Source: Mactra antiquata (taxonomy: Eukaryota). Taken from it: 64,000 nt of DNA. A model generated the notes under the pieces. It was not told where the DNA came from, did not search any database, and saw nothing but the letters and a program-made list of their open reading frames with translations. A program made the position numbers and the translations under genes. Below, piece after piece: positions 48,947 to 62,899 of the stretch; within the stretch, counting starts at the first letter, position 1; every line of letters begins with the position of its first letter. Location: NCBI GenBank assembly GCA_047288015.1, contig CM103819.1, positions 32,753,354 to 32,817,353 on the forward strand, given 5' to 3'.

Positions 48947-51900
48947 GTTTGTGTTTTGTGATTATTTATACGTATTAAACTGGAACCATTAAAGTTGCTC
49001 GTTCACAGATTTGGTTATTTTCTTTTGATATCTTAAAATTACCTGTTAGTGTCTGTTATTGTGTTAAGAAAATGAATTCTTAATATTTTAAGGCAAACTA
49101 AACTATAAATTGTGAGAAAAATAAAGTTAGAGTCACAAAAACGCTAAAATCATCTATACCGTTACTAACGGGGTAGGTTTTTATACATAAAATCACCATC
49201 GTTTACAGTTGTATGTTAATTTGGACTAAAATTGTCATTAGCAGAACACTACAATACAACTTCCAAAATGGTTTTAAACAAATTTGAGATTTTTAGAAAG
49301 TTGATATTTAAGATGAAATCTGTGAATGAGCATCTTTAAGCTGCGGATCCAACATTGTTCTCTTCAAGTTACAATAAAATTTTTATTACGTTATTATCAA
49401 TGCTGATACTTTTCTGTAACAATTACATCTTTTTTGTATTAATAATTGTACTTATGACGCCAGGTGTTACAGTATTACATGTATCGATGAACAATGGTTT
49501 TGTATTGTGTTTTGTCAAACATTCTATATTTCAACTATGAAAAATGGGGTACCTTTAATAGGGGGAATAAAGATAGAGTTCTCTCAGTCTAGAACTTGTC
49601 AGACTTTCCTCCTATCAAGGTAGCAATTACGTTCTTATTTATTTTTTTTTTAATATAATATGATCATAATTATGATAGGGTTTTGATAAAAGTGTCATTT
49701 TTTCAGCACTTTATTATTGGAACTTCATCGCCTTTGTTATTAAATAAGTAAATAAGTCGCGTTCCATATTAATACTATATGTAAATATTGGTGTTTTAAA
49801 ATTGGTCGGGTTATTTGGTAATTGGTTGTAATTTTTGAACCGACGAAGTGAACAATTGAGTTCATTTGCTGACCAAATACATGAAGTAAATATTGTTATT
49901 TTACCATTTCTATTTTACAAATCGCTGACTTTGTAACTAATTGGTTGACCCCTGACCAGTTAATTGTCGCATCGGTGCGGACTGATAACAAAATATGCAT
50001 GTATCTCACTCGTGTATTAAATAGCCTTCCTTTCTAGCACTCGACAGGCGACATTGTCTTGCCATACAGAACCTGCTGGTCTTCGAATGCAATGAAACTA
50101 AAACTAAAACCAAACCGAACTTCATTTTAATAGAATATAAACGTATTGTTTCATGACGCATGTTCTTAATTACATACATATTTGCGAAGTAGTTAAGTCT
50201 AATTTGGGGTAATGAAGTCGTTGATTAAGACCCGTAAAACATCGGGTATTTCCGTATTTTCCGTACGTAACATACACTATTGTGAAGCATAAATGCCGAG
50301 GTGATTAAATTGCTTAAATCCATGCACAAATATCGCAGTGTGGCGCTAATATACTTGAAAACGTCATTTCATAACAATATGTGCATTCATACTAACGTTA
50401 ATTTTGTCTGTAAAAATTGTTTGGTGCAATTATATTATTATTTATAATAAATCTTGTAATTTACTTATGTTAAAATGGATACTTTAGATACAATGAAATG
50501 ATCAGAAATATTTTTGTATCTATTACATAATTCAATACGTCTCGGGCTTTGTGACTGTTCTTTATCATTGCTTTAAAGTTTGACAAATGTGGCAGTTGGT
50601 ATACTTTGTATATCGATTAAATTATTTTTTCATAGTTCAATTAGTTCAACGGATATCATCATTTATGACATTATGAGTCATGCATTCATGTCTTTATTAG
50701 CAATTATTAATGCTATTTTGCTACTAACAAATTGACATTTTCATTGAAATCAAAGTTTAAGAAACAGGTATGTTATTCTGTGGATAAGTGACAAATTATT
50801 TAGAGTTGTGCCCCCCACTCACCCACTTGAGTTTTTGTTTACAATTCTACCTGCACTATAAGTATAAGTGCATTATATGCATTCATTTTACACATCAGTT
50901 ATAATTAAACCCCAACATATTTAAGTACATTTTCAGTACATTATAGCCCTGAATGAGATTTTTGTACTTCTATGATCAATAAGTACTGTAATGTGACAAC
51001 GATCAATATTCTCATTGATAAAGTACTGACTTAATAACTTAGTAATTTTGCTATCCCATAATTCTTACTCAATGCGAAAATACATGTTCTTATATGACAA
51101 ACTAATATAATAAGGACCAAAGTGTTATAATCTTAAAGTTTTACCCTAGATATGTCTACATGGCATGGATACCTAACTCTTTAAAGATACGTAAAAGTTG
51201 TGTGTATGAGAAAGGTCAAGTGCAATCAGAGTGTCATAAAATAAATGTAATTCTGACATAAAATGATTTTAATGGCATTGCTTGTATATACTGTAACAGT
51301 AAAATCTCTCATAACGTCCGTGTCCCAATAATAATCCCACCTTTAACATAAGCATACAATCTTACTCCAAATAACAGCACTTCCAAATATCGGCCATTTC
51401 TCAACAATAGCTACCTCCAAATTACCCCTCACCTTATTAAGACAAGTTTTTTCAGTAGAAAGACGCACACTTAGTGATCGAGGGGCTCCGGGTTAAATCC
51501 TTCCATGGACACTGCTAATTTCCGTACGCAAGACATTTACCTACGATTGTTTCACTCTACCAAGGTGTAAATAGGTGCTGTGAGTGTCATCTGCTTGAAG
51601 ATTAGCTGGATGAATAAGGCTCATCGTACAAGATTGTAAAGTAGACTTAACATATATACAGAAGCAAACTTTACCCCGAACTTTAACTCTTATGTATTTT
51701 CCAATGCAAAATTGCCCTCAATATAACAATCACCTCTTTATAACAGCAAACGTAAGTAAAGTCCTGTTCCTGGCTGCTGTACAGAGGGTTGACTGTAGTA
51801 CTACTGACATAAATTATTCTATTATATTTGTTTGTTTTCACTTTTTGTCACAATGATAAGTTCATTTTATAGACTTAACGTATCTGTAGAAAAACTTGAT

Positions 51901-52681
51901 ATTCATGAAAGTTTTGTCATGTTCAAAATGAAATTCTTATCAAAGAATTTATTAGTAAAACAACTACATGCATACACTTTTAAGGCATTTATAACAGCGA
52001 TTAATATTCAGATAAGTTGTTCCTATTCAACCACTGCCTTGTTAATGTCAGGGTTTTTTATATTACATGGATTGGCAAATAACTGCTTTTTTTGGTCGTG
52101 GGTGCCTATAACTGGCTAAAACAGACTGTACAAATTATTCCAGAGTTTAAATACTTACACTATGTTTTCGTACATGTCTCCAATGCAATTTAAATACATT
52201 ACTGGCGTTAATGACCAAATACAAATGTACTCGATATTAGAATGAGCCGTAATAACAGTCAAGACAGTGAAATTTAATGTCAATTACGTTGTTAAAAAAT
52301 CTTTGTTGTATAAAATCCCTGTTAATACTAATAAACTCTACATCCATTTGCGCAAATGCGATTAACCCCAGGGTGAAATAATGATCAATAGTCAAACTCC
52401 TCTGCACAGTTGATAGTTTTATTGTACATGTAATTCAATAGACACATAAATAATAGATAAGAAAGTTGTTGATGCCCAGAGCTATCGTAACTTACAATTG
52501 TTAGCCACAACTCATAATTCTTGGGTGCATTTGTCCTGCTAGTTGTCGTAACTGATATTGAAATGTCATTGTTAGCTACCATAGAGATGCGTTTGAATAT
52601 TCACAGCTATTTGTATCTACTCATGATCCTAGATACCCTTTATCATGTTAGAGCCTTAGTGCTGTATTTCTTGTTGATATT

Positions 52682-52972
52682 TTTTTTTTGGGGGGGGGGG
52701 GTTAACGCCGTGTCAACACAAATTAAGGTCATTTTACGGCGACCAGCTCACCTAACCTAGCTTTCCTGGACCCATGTCTATAACCAGTACTCACCTACCC
52801 TTCCACAAGGCCAACAACTTCTCCATATACCTTATTAATGGAGGAAAAAACGACATTATTGTCGAATTTTCATGGAAGGGTATAACCAGCCCGGGTGAGG
52901 CTCGAACCAGCGACCCCTTCGGGATACTAGATTCGAAATACTGCGCGTTGCCTACTGCGCCACGGACCCGGG
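52682..52972 (-). mobile_element. tRNA-derived SINE, family A, minus orientation, with poly-C/poly-A tail
   Basis: Reverse complement of 8088-8366 at about 90% identity. T9 G11 GTTAACGCCGTGTC at the left end corresponds to ..GACACGGCGTTAACC C11 A9 on the element strand. Confidence 0.75.
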
Positions 52973-54029
52973 TTTGTTGATATCTAAATGTTATTTTGAC
53001 AATCTGATATATTTATATTTATTACAAATGTTAATTACAACGCTGTCTGTGTTTCTGTGTCAATACGTAACTGGCTCTCTTGGAATAAGAAGGACCTATA
53101 CATAAGGAGCGGGGCGGTGCCTAGCGGTCACAACGCTGGACTGGTTATCTAATTTAATATAATTTTATTGCATATGAATGTATGTATATAATAATGATTA
53201 CTCAAATTTTACAATGAGTCAATATAAGATTACTACATTATACAATATGTGTTAGACAAGTTTAAACAACATTATCAAGGGTCCTTCCCAATAACGTCAG
53301 TATAATAATAAATATATAATATAACGACTGTTCATCTTTGGATTGCCAGCTCCGCGTTAGTTCCGAAACTTACATAACACCCATGCATCTAGTCGAGTAA
53401 AAACTTTATTTTTATTGCATTGTGTATTTTGCTCGCCGTTTTGATCCGTTTGTTGTTAACACAAAGCTATACCACAGCAACCCAGTACCATAATCATAAT
53501 GTCTCGAAATAGAAAAGACTTCGCGATTTCATCGCCTTGTATTGAATCAATGCCCATCGACACTTGAAAATGTCTAAGAGGTTGTCCCAGATTCCATACA
53601 AGCAAAGGTCAAATAAGGTTTCATGTTTTCACTCTCTAGACAACGATGACCGTTCAGTCTACTAAGTATGCACACTTCATTGCAACCAAACAATGCGTTT
53701 ATTGAACATAATAATTCAATACCCTTTTTATTGTATTATTTGATCAGATAAGAGTATACTTTTTTATTTAAAATAAAATTTAAGAACATTCAAATATTCA
53801 AAAAATGGTAGTAAAAATATTGACTTTGTGGTAGACACATTTTACAATGTAGTTGTGTTATGTAAAGATATAAGCCATTTTATGTCTGGTATATATCGTC
53901 AAAAAGAATTAATCGCTTTGTTTACGTGCATTCTAGGTTCTGAACTCTTGCCAAAAGCTTCCTAAAATTTTATCAAGGTGCGCCCGCACTTACATTTATA
54001 ATATGCCTTACTCTACTTTCATTCGGAGA

Positions 54030-54325
54030 CCTCAGTCGGTAGCGCGTCTGACTTCTGATTCAGGGTCGTCGGTTCGATTATCGGGCGAGACCAACATACC
54101 TTCGTTGAGTTTGGTCATGAAATAATTTATACGGCCATTCGTCCTCCTATCACAGTATCAGTTAAGGCGGTTGTCAGCCACTGGCGAAGGAATACGCTTA
54201 GTTTTGCTTAAAAGTTTGGGTGTAGAGATCTAAGCCTCCCCAGAGTCAGTGAGGAGGTCGACTGACCGCCGCGATATCACTGAAAAATTGTCTACAAGCG
54301 GGGTAAAGCACCATAAATTGCCTAC
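54030..54325 (+). mobile_element. tRNA-derived SINE, family B-related
   Basis: Head ..CCTCAGTCGGTAGCGCGTCTGACTTCTGATTCAGGGTCGTCGGTTCGATTATCGGGCGAGACC. Body AACATACCTTCGTTGAGTTTGGTCATGAAATAATTTATACGGCCATTCGTCCTCC..GCGGTTGTCAGCCACTGGCG..AGAGATCTAAGCCTCCCCAGAGTCAGTGAGGAGGTCGACTGACCGCCGCGATATCACTGAAAAATTGTC. Confidence 0.7.
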
Positions 54326-55300
54326 GTAGGTCTGCAATTCACAACGTCTGCTCAATAGCAAAATAGTAATGATTTTCAATATTGAGACAAAATTCGACAT
54401 TGTATGACATGGTGTTTAATATCCTAATTAAACTCTTAATGCATTAGACGGAAACCTTAATATTCACACCCATTTATTTTATAAATTAGATCTATGTTTA
54501 ATGCTTATGAGGATTGGTTCCATGTCCTTACTACAAACCTGTTGAGTCAGGAAATGTTTTTGTACGGTCGAATTAATAGCTGTTTATCCTGCCCGGGCCG
54601 AATAAACTTCTGAATAGTCAACCAATAATTGATAGCCGCTACACGGACCTCGCTAGCAAGCGCTTTCTCTGTGCGACGCGGACCAAATCATACATTCGGA
54701 ACACCTCGACCATTCATTGGATTAATAATCTTGGATGGATTCGTGGGGGTTCACCAAGCTTCTTGGGATTTTTGCTACATACGCGAGGCGAATCACAGGC
54801 GAAGGACGCAAACAATTTGTTCTAAATAGTACTTGTCGTAAACACACAAGGCTTAGCATAATAATAGTTTTATGTTATATGTGTCTCAACAATGGTCAGC
54901 GATCTCAATGAGTCGGATAATTTAAAACTATAGACTTAAATCAAGACATTTATCATCGCCTAAATGATCATGGATTTGTTTACTTTGACACCGGATAAAA
55001 ATGAAAAACACGGTTCTTCCATGTTAAAAATGACAAGTTTTGAGTTGTGTCTGTCTCACGCAAATGAAAGTTTGCATTAACGACATTCTAAAGGACCTGG
55101 AGAAGCCCCAATGACTGTAATCAACAAAGAAGGCGTGGTATGGGTTTTCCAATTGTCCCATTCATGTTTTGTCACGTGACGGGAAAGTAGTTACAACATG
55201 GCGTCTAAATATGTGCGAGGTTATTCATAGTGAATGACCGAAGAGTTCCGAATGACAAATCATTATGAATATATAATATTTTATCTGGCGGCGGTTTCTT

Positions 55301-56070
55301 CCTTTTGGCGGTTTGCCGTCCAGATAGGTCTTCGGATCTTTTTCATGTTTACTTTTTCATTATAATTTTATTCCTTTTAAAATTTGCTAAATTTTATTTT
55401 ATGGCATTTTTAAATAAATGCCCTTTATCAATCAATCAAAAATGGTGTTTTGTTATTCCTCATCCCTACATAGTTCAACCCGGAATGTGTCTTTTCTCAT
55501 ATTGTATGTGGAGCAATACATAAATAATATTTTATGTACTCATAAAAAATTTTATGTATGGACCAACACGTTATTCATGTTTTGACCATAACGAACCCGA
55601 ACGGGCCGGTATTACTTTATACCCAACTTTGCTTAGGATCAATCAACCAATTTAACGTGAGAATTTAATCACGTGTCGGTCTTAAGCCAATCGCAGAACG
55701 AGAAGTCGTAGAAATCAGCTCTCGTTCTTTTTGTCCACCTCCTCCACTCCTCCTCCGCTCATAAGGTGTTGGTCCAAGCATATTTCATTTTTCATTTTTT
55801 CAATTTTTGATATGTATTTGTTTTAATTCTGTTGTTATCTAGGCGGTTTGCCGTCCGGATAGGTCTTCGGATCTTTTTCATTGTTTACTTTTGTCATTAT
55901 AATTTTATTCCTTTTAAAATTTGCTAAATTTTATTTTATGGCATTTTTAAATAAATGCCCCTTATCAATCAATCAAAAATGGTGTTTTGTTATTCCTCAT
56001 CCCTACATAGTTCAACCCGGAATGTGTCTTTTCTCATATTGTATGTGGAGCAATACATAAAAATTGTTAG
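55301..56070. repeat. Pair of about 230-bp direct repeats (55301-55530 and 55841-56070) flanking about 310 bp, a TRIM- or solo-LTR-like structure or a local tandem duplication
   Basis: GGCGGTTTGCCGTCC(A/G)GATAGGTCTTCGGATCTTTTTCAT..TTCAACCCGGAATGTGTCTTTTCTCATATTGTATGTGGAGCAATACATAAA appears twice at more than 97% identity. Confidence 0.65.
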
Positions 56071-58353
56071 TCGCATTGTGATGTGTGGGTCACTACTCAC
56101 GTTCTTAGATTATCTTTCTCTTAATTAGTAGCGTTTGATATAACTTTTCTATGTCTGTAAAGCTGGTGACAAGTAGATATGCATTATATAGTAGTCTCTT
56201 TTGAGTGCCACAAAACAAAAAAGTAAACGATGTTATTTCATGTCAAAAAATATTTATTACCCTAAAACAGCACTTCAAACTTCGACAAGTGATTTAGAAA
56301 ACTTAGTTCCTAAGTGGAAAAACATCATATAAAAACCGATAAATGACATTATGCACCGATTAAATGTCTTAATCAAATCTCGTTTAGATATAGCTAAATC
56401 TCGTTAAATCTCGTTCAAGCGTTTAAAGGAGCAAGATGATGTGAAATCAAAGTACTGACAGCACTGTAATCATTGATTGACGTGAGGAACGCCTTTGAAA
56501 AGCGATTTCTCGTACTTGAGGTGCACAGATAGCATAAATTTCTAAAACGAATCTTTTAAGATGACTATGCTAGATTTTTTTGTCGTAAGATGGTGTGATA
56601 AATTATCCAACCCTACTTGAAATGTAGATATGCCAATACTCTGACCTACATATGTCAATATTTATGACCTCATTCACCTTGTCAGTGAGATAGTCTAAAA
56701 GTGAACACTCCGGGGTATTCATAAAACACTGTCGTGAAGGGTAATATGCGTCCCACTAGCCTCACGTGAACTCGCTGCAACAAAAAGATAATTATAACGC
56801 GAAACTGACGATATTCAGGTTAGGGTGTTCAATATATTATATCTCCTTTAAAAGTTAAGCAACTATTTGTATGTACACGTTTTATATTTCATTCTGATCT
56901 CTCCAAAAAGTGCGCAATGGGATTTGATTAGTATTTATTTAGTGAAATACTAATACATGTATAATGCATCATTTCGAAGATATACTATAAAAATCCAGCG
57001 TTACCCGTGTTCATAAAAAGAGTTTGCACACGTTGTGTGACAAATTTATTGAACCCCCCTCATGTTTAAAATGAAAAATAAGGATAGAAACGAAACGGCG
57101 AGGTACCCGAGCTTTAAACGTATAACTATTTGATATTACATCGACCGACAGGGGTAGAGGGCAGTGTTACTTCAGAACAACCCTTACTTCAGTTCCACCA
57201 GTGAACTTCGGTGCTTGTGAAACCAGGCAACGAAGCGCTTACTAGCGACTTCGCTGTGAAACTGGCACAATGTGTCCTACGTACAAAGCGATGTTTTATA
57301 TACATGTATGTACAGCATGTCCAAATATCGTGAATAGCTTTCCCACAAGCCTTCGGCTCATCAGTGTTTTGAAGGTTCATTAGGAGGTCAAAGATGGACA
57401 TCAAAGGACATTGTTGTACGCTCATTGACTTCAAAGTAAAAGTACTTTAACAGGTTTTAAGTTCCAAGTTTATTGAACATACACGTTGATTGATTTATTA
57501 GGTACTTAAGTATTATATTACAACTATAACAATGTAATTAAATCAACAGATAAAAACTGATCGGCTTGATTACATTTGTACTTGGAGATATACACGTACA
57601 TGGTCACTTTCTGATATAGAAAGGTCAAGGTCGTTTCAGAAGTTTGACCTTTGCCTCACTCTCCCTTATGAAATCAGATCAAAAAATAAAAAAAGTAAGC
57701 AAGATTTCTGGATTTGCAAACGTATTCTGGACTGTGTTACAGATAATTATTTCTGCAGCTCATAAATTAATGTATCATAATAGTAATTATTCTAAATAAT
57801 GAAAATATTGATTCTTCAAACTTGAACATGGAACTTCAACATGTGCAGTTGAGTGCGCTGTGAAGGAACTTTTGGATGGCAGTATATTGTCAATGCATGT
57901 CCTGAATTGCAAATATACCATGCAATTTCTGTGTAGATTTTGAAATTTGAAAAAATATGAAACATAAGGCAGCGAGAGGTCAGCCTCCTGATCCATGGTC
58001 AATGTTACTCAATGTCAGGACATAGATTTTAGATCTAAGTTGTTTTTGTAATCTCATATTCAAATAACAAAGCTACTGATTTCCAAGATACAAATAAAGA
58101 ACATTTTAAAAAAAAACTGCAAGTACAGCTTTGTGAAAGTTTTTTTCAGTACAATGTAAATTGAGAATGAGTGAAGGAATTGTGGAGGTCAGTGTACCAA
58201 AGTCTTGTGCCTGAAAGTCATTTTGGTAGGCATAGTAAGCATCTACAAACAAGAGACATATTCTAACATGCTGTAGTCACGTTGTTTTGTGTACTATGTT
58301 TAATGGTGTACCATATTTTACCAGATAATTATGCGATATATCATTTGTTTGTT

Positions 58354-58578
58354 TAGGGTCTGTTTCGTTAATTTTAAAAGTCGCTTGCAAGTTTTCATCA
58401 TCAACATCGCCGATTTTTTTAAAACATTGCTGCTAGCAGATGCACGGACGATCCTTGAGACAATTGCGTTGTAGATAAAAAAAATTCGATATAGTAACCG
58501 GCCATGAAATTTAATATCCGTGATGCATAGCCCAAAAATCGGCGAGCGATGGGTAATGAAACGAGCTCTAATTAAGAA
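58354..58578 (+). mobile_element. MITE family copy (same family as 45004-45242)
   Basis: GGGTCTGTTTCGTTAATTTTAAAAGTCGCTTGCAAG..GCAGATGCACGGACGATCC..AATCGGCGAGCGATGGGTAATGAAACGAGCTC. Internal segments (GCAGGTGCACAGATGATG / GCAGATGCACGGACGATC) are shared with the 45004 copy. Confidence 0.55.
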
Positions 58579-59342
58579 TAGTTTGCGGATACCTGTGTTA
58601 AGGTTGTTCATGTACAAACTTTATTTTACTTTAAAACGCATTTTAAGACACGATAGTCTTAATGAATCTGTAAGCAGCTGTTTTATTTTGTCTTTCAAGC
58701 GCAGGTCTTATGGCCTTCATGAATGCAAACATTTAATTTGTTATTAAGCTAGCTAGGATCGTGCCAAAATCTACCATCCAGCAGTCCGTCACGTTTTAGT
58801 ATTTAACTCGTCAAGGTTTTCATATTTTGTCAATTATTGGTTGTGTACATGTATTAACACAAGCATTATGTAATATTATGGTATTTTTTTTAATCTGAAT
58901 AATACAATGTTTCATAATGGCAAAGATTTGTTACAAGTGATAAATTAGTCCTTAGTTCACGTAAATTACATTTCTCTTCCATTAAAATTATCTTCTTATC
59001 TGAAAGTCAGGATTGTTAGTAAGACTCAAATTTCTATTCACTTATCACTGGCGTGATTATATTGAATATTGATTTAAATTGTTTTAGGCCATACCAAATA
59101 AATTCATACTTCACGTCAGTCCAGAAAATCGGGAAATTGAAAAGATCTTCCGAAAATGCATGGTTTACATGTTTGAACGAAGAAGCGTTGTAATTTAGAT
59201 TGAGTTTGACCAAAATTCGTGAGGTAGGGAAGAAAAAAAGCCGAAAGTATTTGTAATATAAATGTCAAGTTAAAGTGTGTCAATTCACCGTTATATTATC
59301 TGTTCTTCCGTTTACCTGAATAAGGAAATACTTTTTTAATTG

Positions 59343-59566
59343 GGTTTAACGTCGTATTCAACACATGTTTAAGATTATATATACGACGGCCAGCTCTTCC
59401 TACTGTAGGTTTCCTGGACACTTTTCTATCACAAGTACTAGTAACGTATCCTACCACGAGGCCGACAACTCATGTATAGGGTATGACCTACCGGGACCGG
59501 GCTCGAACCCGCGATCTCTGGATTCGAAGTCAGACATGCTAATATACCACTCCACGGCCGCGGCTA
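59343..59566 (-). mobile_element. tRNA-derived SINE, family A-related, minus orientation
   Basis: The left end GGGTTTAACGTCGT is the reverse complement of the conserved tail ACGACGTTAAACCC. The reverse complement of the right end gives the head GCCGCGGCCGTGGAGTGGTATATTAGCATGTCTGACTTCGAATCCAGAGATCGCGGGTTCGAGCCCGG followed by GTCATACCCTATACATG. Confidence 0.65.
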
Positions 59567-61089
59567 ATAAAGAAATACATTCTTTATAACTTAATTAATT
59601 ACCTTTTTTGATAAAATAATTATAGCAAACGGACTCATAATAAGAATGAACGGACACACAATCAGGGATAACGGACCTAGGGCGAACAGACCCAGTACGT
59701 TATTGTTTTCCGTCCGTGTGCTTCATTATTCCACTTCGTTGACGCTGAACAAAGTCGCGATTTGGTTTGGCCTCAATCGTTTGTCGAAGTATATTGTATT
59801 TAGTTACACTTCATAATAAAGGAATGAAAATTGGACAATTAAATACTCGAAAATGAAATAAAATTTCACTCTTGAAATTTATTTTAATGTTGATTTGAAT
59901 ACTTAAATGTCTTCAAATTGTAACAATCCTTTTGTGTCAAGAACAGATAAAATCCGAATTAACACTCATTATATTGAGAATAATTTGCGACAATTTATCA
60001 TTTATAAAAATATCAATATTATATTGTATGGAGTATTAAAATTTTAACAATTGAGGTTATGAATATACCTGATAAGCTCTGGTCTTCATATTTCGTACGC
60101 TAAGTTGTAACTTAGTCTGAGTAGGAATGTGGAAAAACGATAATAGTGTCTCAATTACATCTTCGAAGTTTTAAACATTTTATCTTGAATATAATATTGC
60201 CAAGATATTAATATTTGAATATATTCACAATCACGGATTTTTTTATCATTTTGTGTATGTTACAGTATAAATTAAGCCCATTTTCAATTCAACAATTGTT
60301 TCTGATGTTCTATATACCTATTAATATACAAGCTGCGACAAATTCCACCACATGAGTACAATAAAATATAATACTCTACTTTGGAATGACGGGTCTTGTG
60401 TGCGTCGTCATTGAAATGTGTAGTAAAAATCCAGAACATTTGTTTTGGATAAGCATTTTGAGGACGTGGGATACATAACTCTAAGTATATCACCTTAATG
60501 CTCAAGCAAGACGCATGCAAATTCTTACCATTGGAGAGTTGGTACATTTTCGATTCAGGAAGACCGTTATACTTTCATATTTAAATATAAAAATATTTAT
60601 ATTGTTATAAAACTGACATTGGCGTATAGAAGTCTGTGGTACTTCAATGATTTTGATCCGACAGCCAAAAGAGGTCGATGATTTAGTATACAAAAGAAAT
60701 CAGAAATATCAGTGCATAAAAATCAGACTACCAAACGCTACATTACATAACTACTACAGTAGATCTGAGGGTTTTCGTTTACGGGTCATGTTCAGTTGAT
60801 CTGCCATTCTCAAGTTGTGTCGTCAGTCACACAATAATATCCTTATATGGATTGACATCCGAAATGGCAGACTTTGGCAACACGATACAAACAGTTTTCC
60901 GATCGATTCGGAGATTCCCACTATTTATCGGGTGATTCTGATGTCACTTACAACCAGGTGAAATCAACTCGCTACTTGGACGGGTAAACTTAACGCTGAC
61001 AAAAACACAAAGCGGGACCATCGGATCGCAGAGCGGAAGGGCACATAAGATCTGATATTAAATGCCGTTTATTAGTACATATTAGGGTT

Positions 61090-61300
61090 ATGTACTGCGG
61101 CCTACTCACCTAACCAGCTTTCATGGACACATTTCTTTCACCAGTAATCGCTTACCCTACCACAAGGAGCTGACAACTCACACTCTGCGGAGGAAAAACG
61201 ATACTAAATATCGAATTTTCATGGAAGGGTATGGCCTGCCGCCACCGATGATCGAACCAGAGACCTCCGTATTCGTAATTCTGCTCACTGTTCACTATCA
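61090..61300 (-). mobile_element. tRNA-derived SINE, family A, minus orientation
   Basis: Reverse complement reads ..CATACCCTTCCATGAAAATTCGATATTTAGTATCGTTTTTCCTCCGCAGAGTGTGAGTTGTCAGCTCCTTGTGGTAGGGTAAGCGATTACTGGTGAAAG..GCTGGTTAGGTGAGTAGGCCGCAGTACATAACC. Confidence 0.65.
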
Positions 61301-61376
61301 TTGCACCAAGTCCGCGGCTTTGGTGATCGTAATGAGATGGAGTTTTTAAATCATAAAATACCTTTATATTTTTCAG

Positions 61377-61487
61377 CTGAAGATGCCACGGATGATAGTG
61401 GTGATTTTAAAGATTTGATAAAATTTTGGAAGAAACATGGTATACCCATACCTAAAGAACTTGTCTCTGATATGGCAGACGAAAACG
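61377..61487 (+). CDS. Candidate internal exon of an uncharacterised plus-strand gene (acceptor tatatttttcag|CT, donor AACG|gtaagagt)
   Basis: Translates to (A)EDATDDSGDFKDLIKFWKKHGIPIPKELVSDMADEN inside ORF 61301-61633. It has a strong polypyrimidine acceptor and a consensus gtaaga donor. Entry and exit phases fit the exons at 48850 and 62574. Confidence 0.5.
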
Positions 61488-62573
61488 GTAAGAGTAAACT
61501 TATTTTCAACTACTTTATTTTTTTCACGAATGGAGAAAATTATTTGACAAATGTAATGCAGTGTAATCTTTCTAAACAGCCACATTTCAAAATCAACGAT
61601 CTCACTACAACAACCGCTTTAACTCTCATTTAGCAACGGCTTGAAGGCCGGAACTGTATTGGAATCACAGGACTTTACTACCCATGGTAGGAGTGGTTAT
61701 TAGTTAATTCTACTTGCGTACTCTTTTTTTATTTACAAATGTCGAGAGTGTTATATTGTATCAATCTTGGTTGTGTTGTATTCCAATAGGATTATGTGAT
61801 TTTTGGGGCGTTTTAGCAAACATTTTCTCCTGGTTTTATTTTTAAAGACATTGTTAGATATCTTCTCCCCTTAATTGCGGTTCAGACTAAAACATGTACA
61901 TAACCATCTATAGCGGTTGAAATATCTCCATATCACAGTAAATAATTATGTACCCTCTGATACACCCTGCTTAGCGGGTTAATTGTTGTGCGTTTATTCT
62001 TGGAAAAATCTGCACGTACAAAATTATTAGGCCTTTCAGCAAAGTCATGTCTGTCTTCAGACAAGACACTTAAAGTCTTATTATATGTCCTTTTGATTCA
62101 TATTCAAGCATATTTTAAGGTTCGTGATATAATGTTCATGAAGAAGAATTAGCTTTAAATGACAAAATTATAATACCTGTAACCTTGTGCAGCCTAATTT
62201 TGCACCTACATAATCAGTTAACATTTATTTTAAAACGGACAACTAAGGTCGAAAACATCAGGGTTACTTGTTTGCAGTCCCGTGGACCTTGTCGCCTGTT
62301 AAATTGCCATAATCCCATCTTTAGCTGTACTTTGTCATTATAAAAACTACCTGACTAGCATTCTGGCAACCCAGAGATTAACATGAATTTAGAACGAGAT
62401 TCTAGATAGCCTCTGGGTACGAGTACGTCGGTCTAGTCACTAAAGGAAACGACATGTTGAAATGAATTGAATGATTGGGTTAAAATCCGTGTTAACACAA
62501 AACAGAAACACAAACTTGTTCAATGAACCGAAATAATTCCATTTTCTTTATATATTATTATACTAATTCGCAG

Positions 62574-62899
62574 TAAAAAGGGCAAAGGCTAAAGGTCAAG
62601 GTCGAAGGAGATCACGTGAATTAGAAGATTTACATATGTGTGCATCAACTGGGAAATTTAACCTTGAACATATGTCACTAGAGGAGTTGGAAGAAAATGA
62701 AGAGGATGGGGAACATCCCAGTGAACTTAAAACTAAACATGTGCAAAAGAAACCAATTAGTCGAAGAAATACAGACTCTTTGTTGAACTCCAAAACAAGA
62801 GGTGGTTCATTGAAAAAGACAGGATCAAGAAGCATTATGAACGGAACATCTAGTCCTTCAACACCAAGAAAATTAGGACGTACTGTGTCCAATAAATGA
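62574..62899 (+). CDS. Candidate terminal exon of the same plus-strand gene (acceptor taattcgcag|TA, TGA stop at 62897-62899)
   Basis: Translates to (V)KRAKAKGQGRRRSRELEDLHMCASTGKFNLEHMSLEELEENEEDGEHPSELKTKHVQKKPISRRNTDSLLNSKTRGGSLKKTGSRSIMNGTSSPSTPRKLGRTVSNK*. The reading frame stays open upstream of the ORF-track Met back to an AG acceptor. It is phase-compatible with the donor at 61487. Confidence 0.5.
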
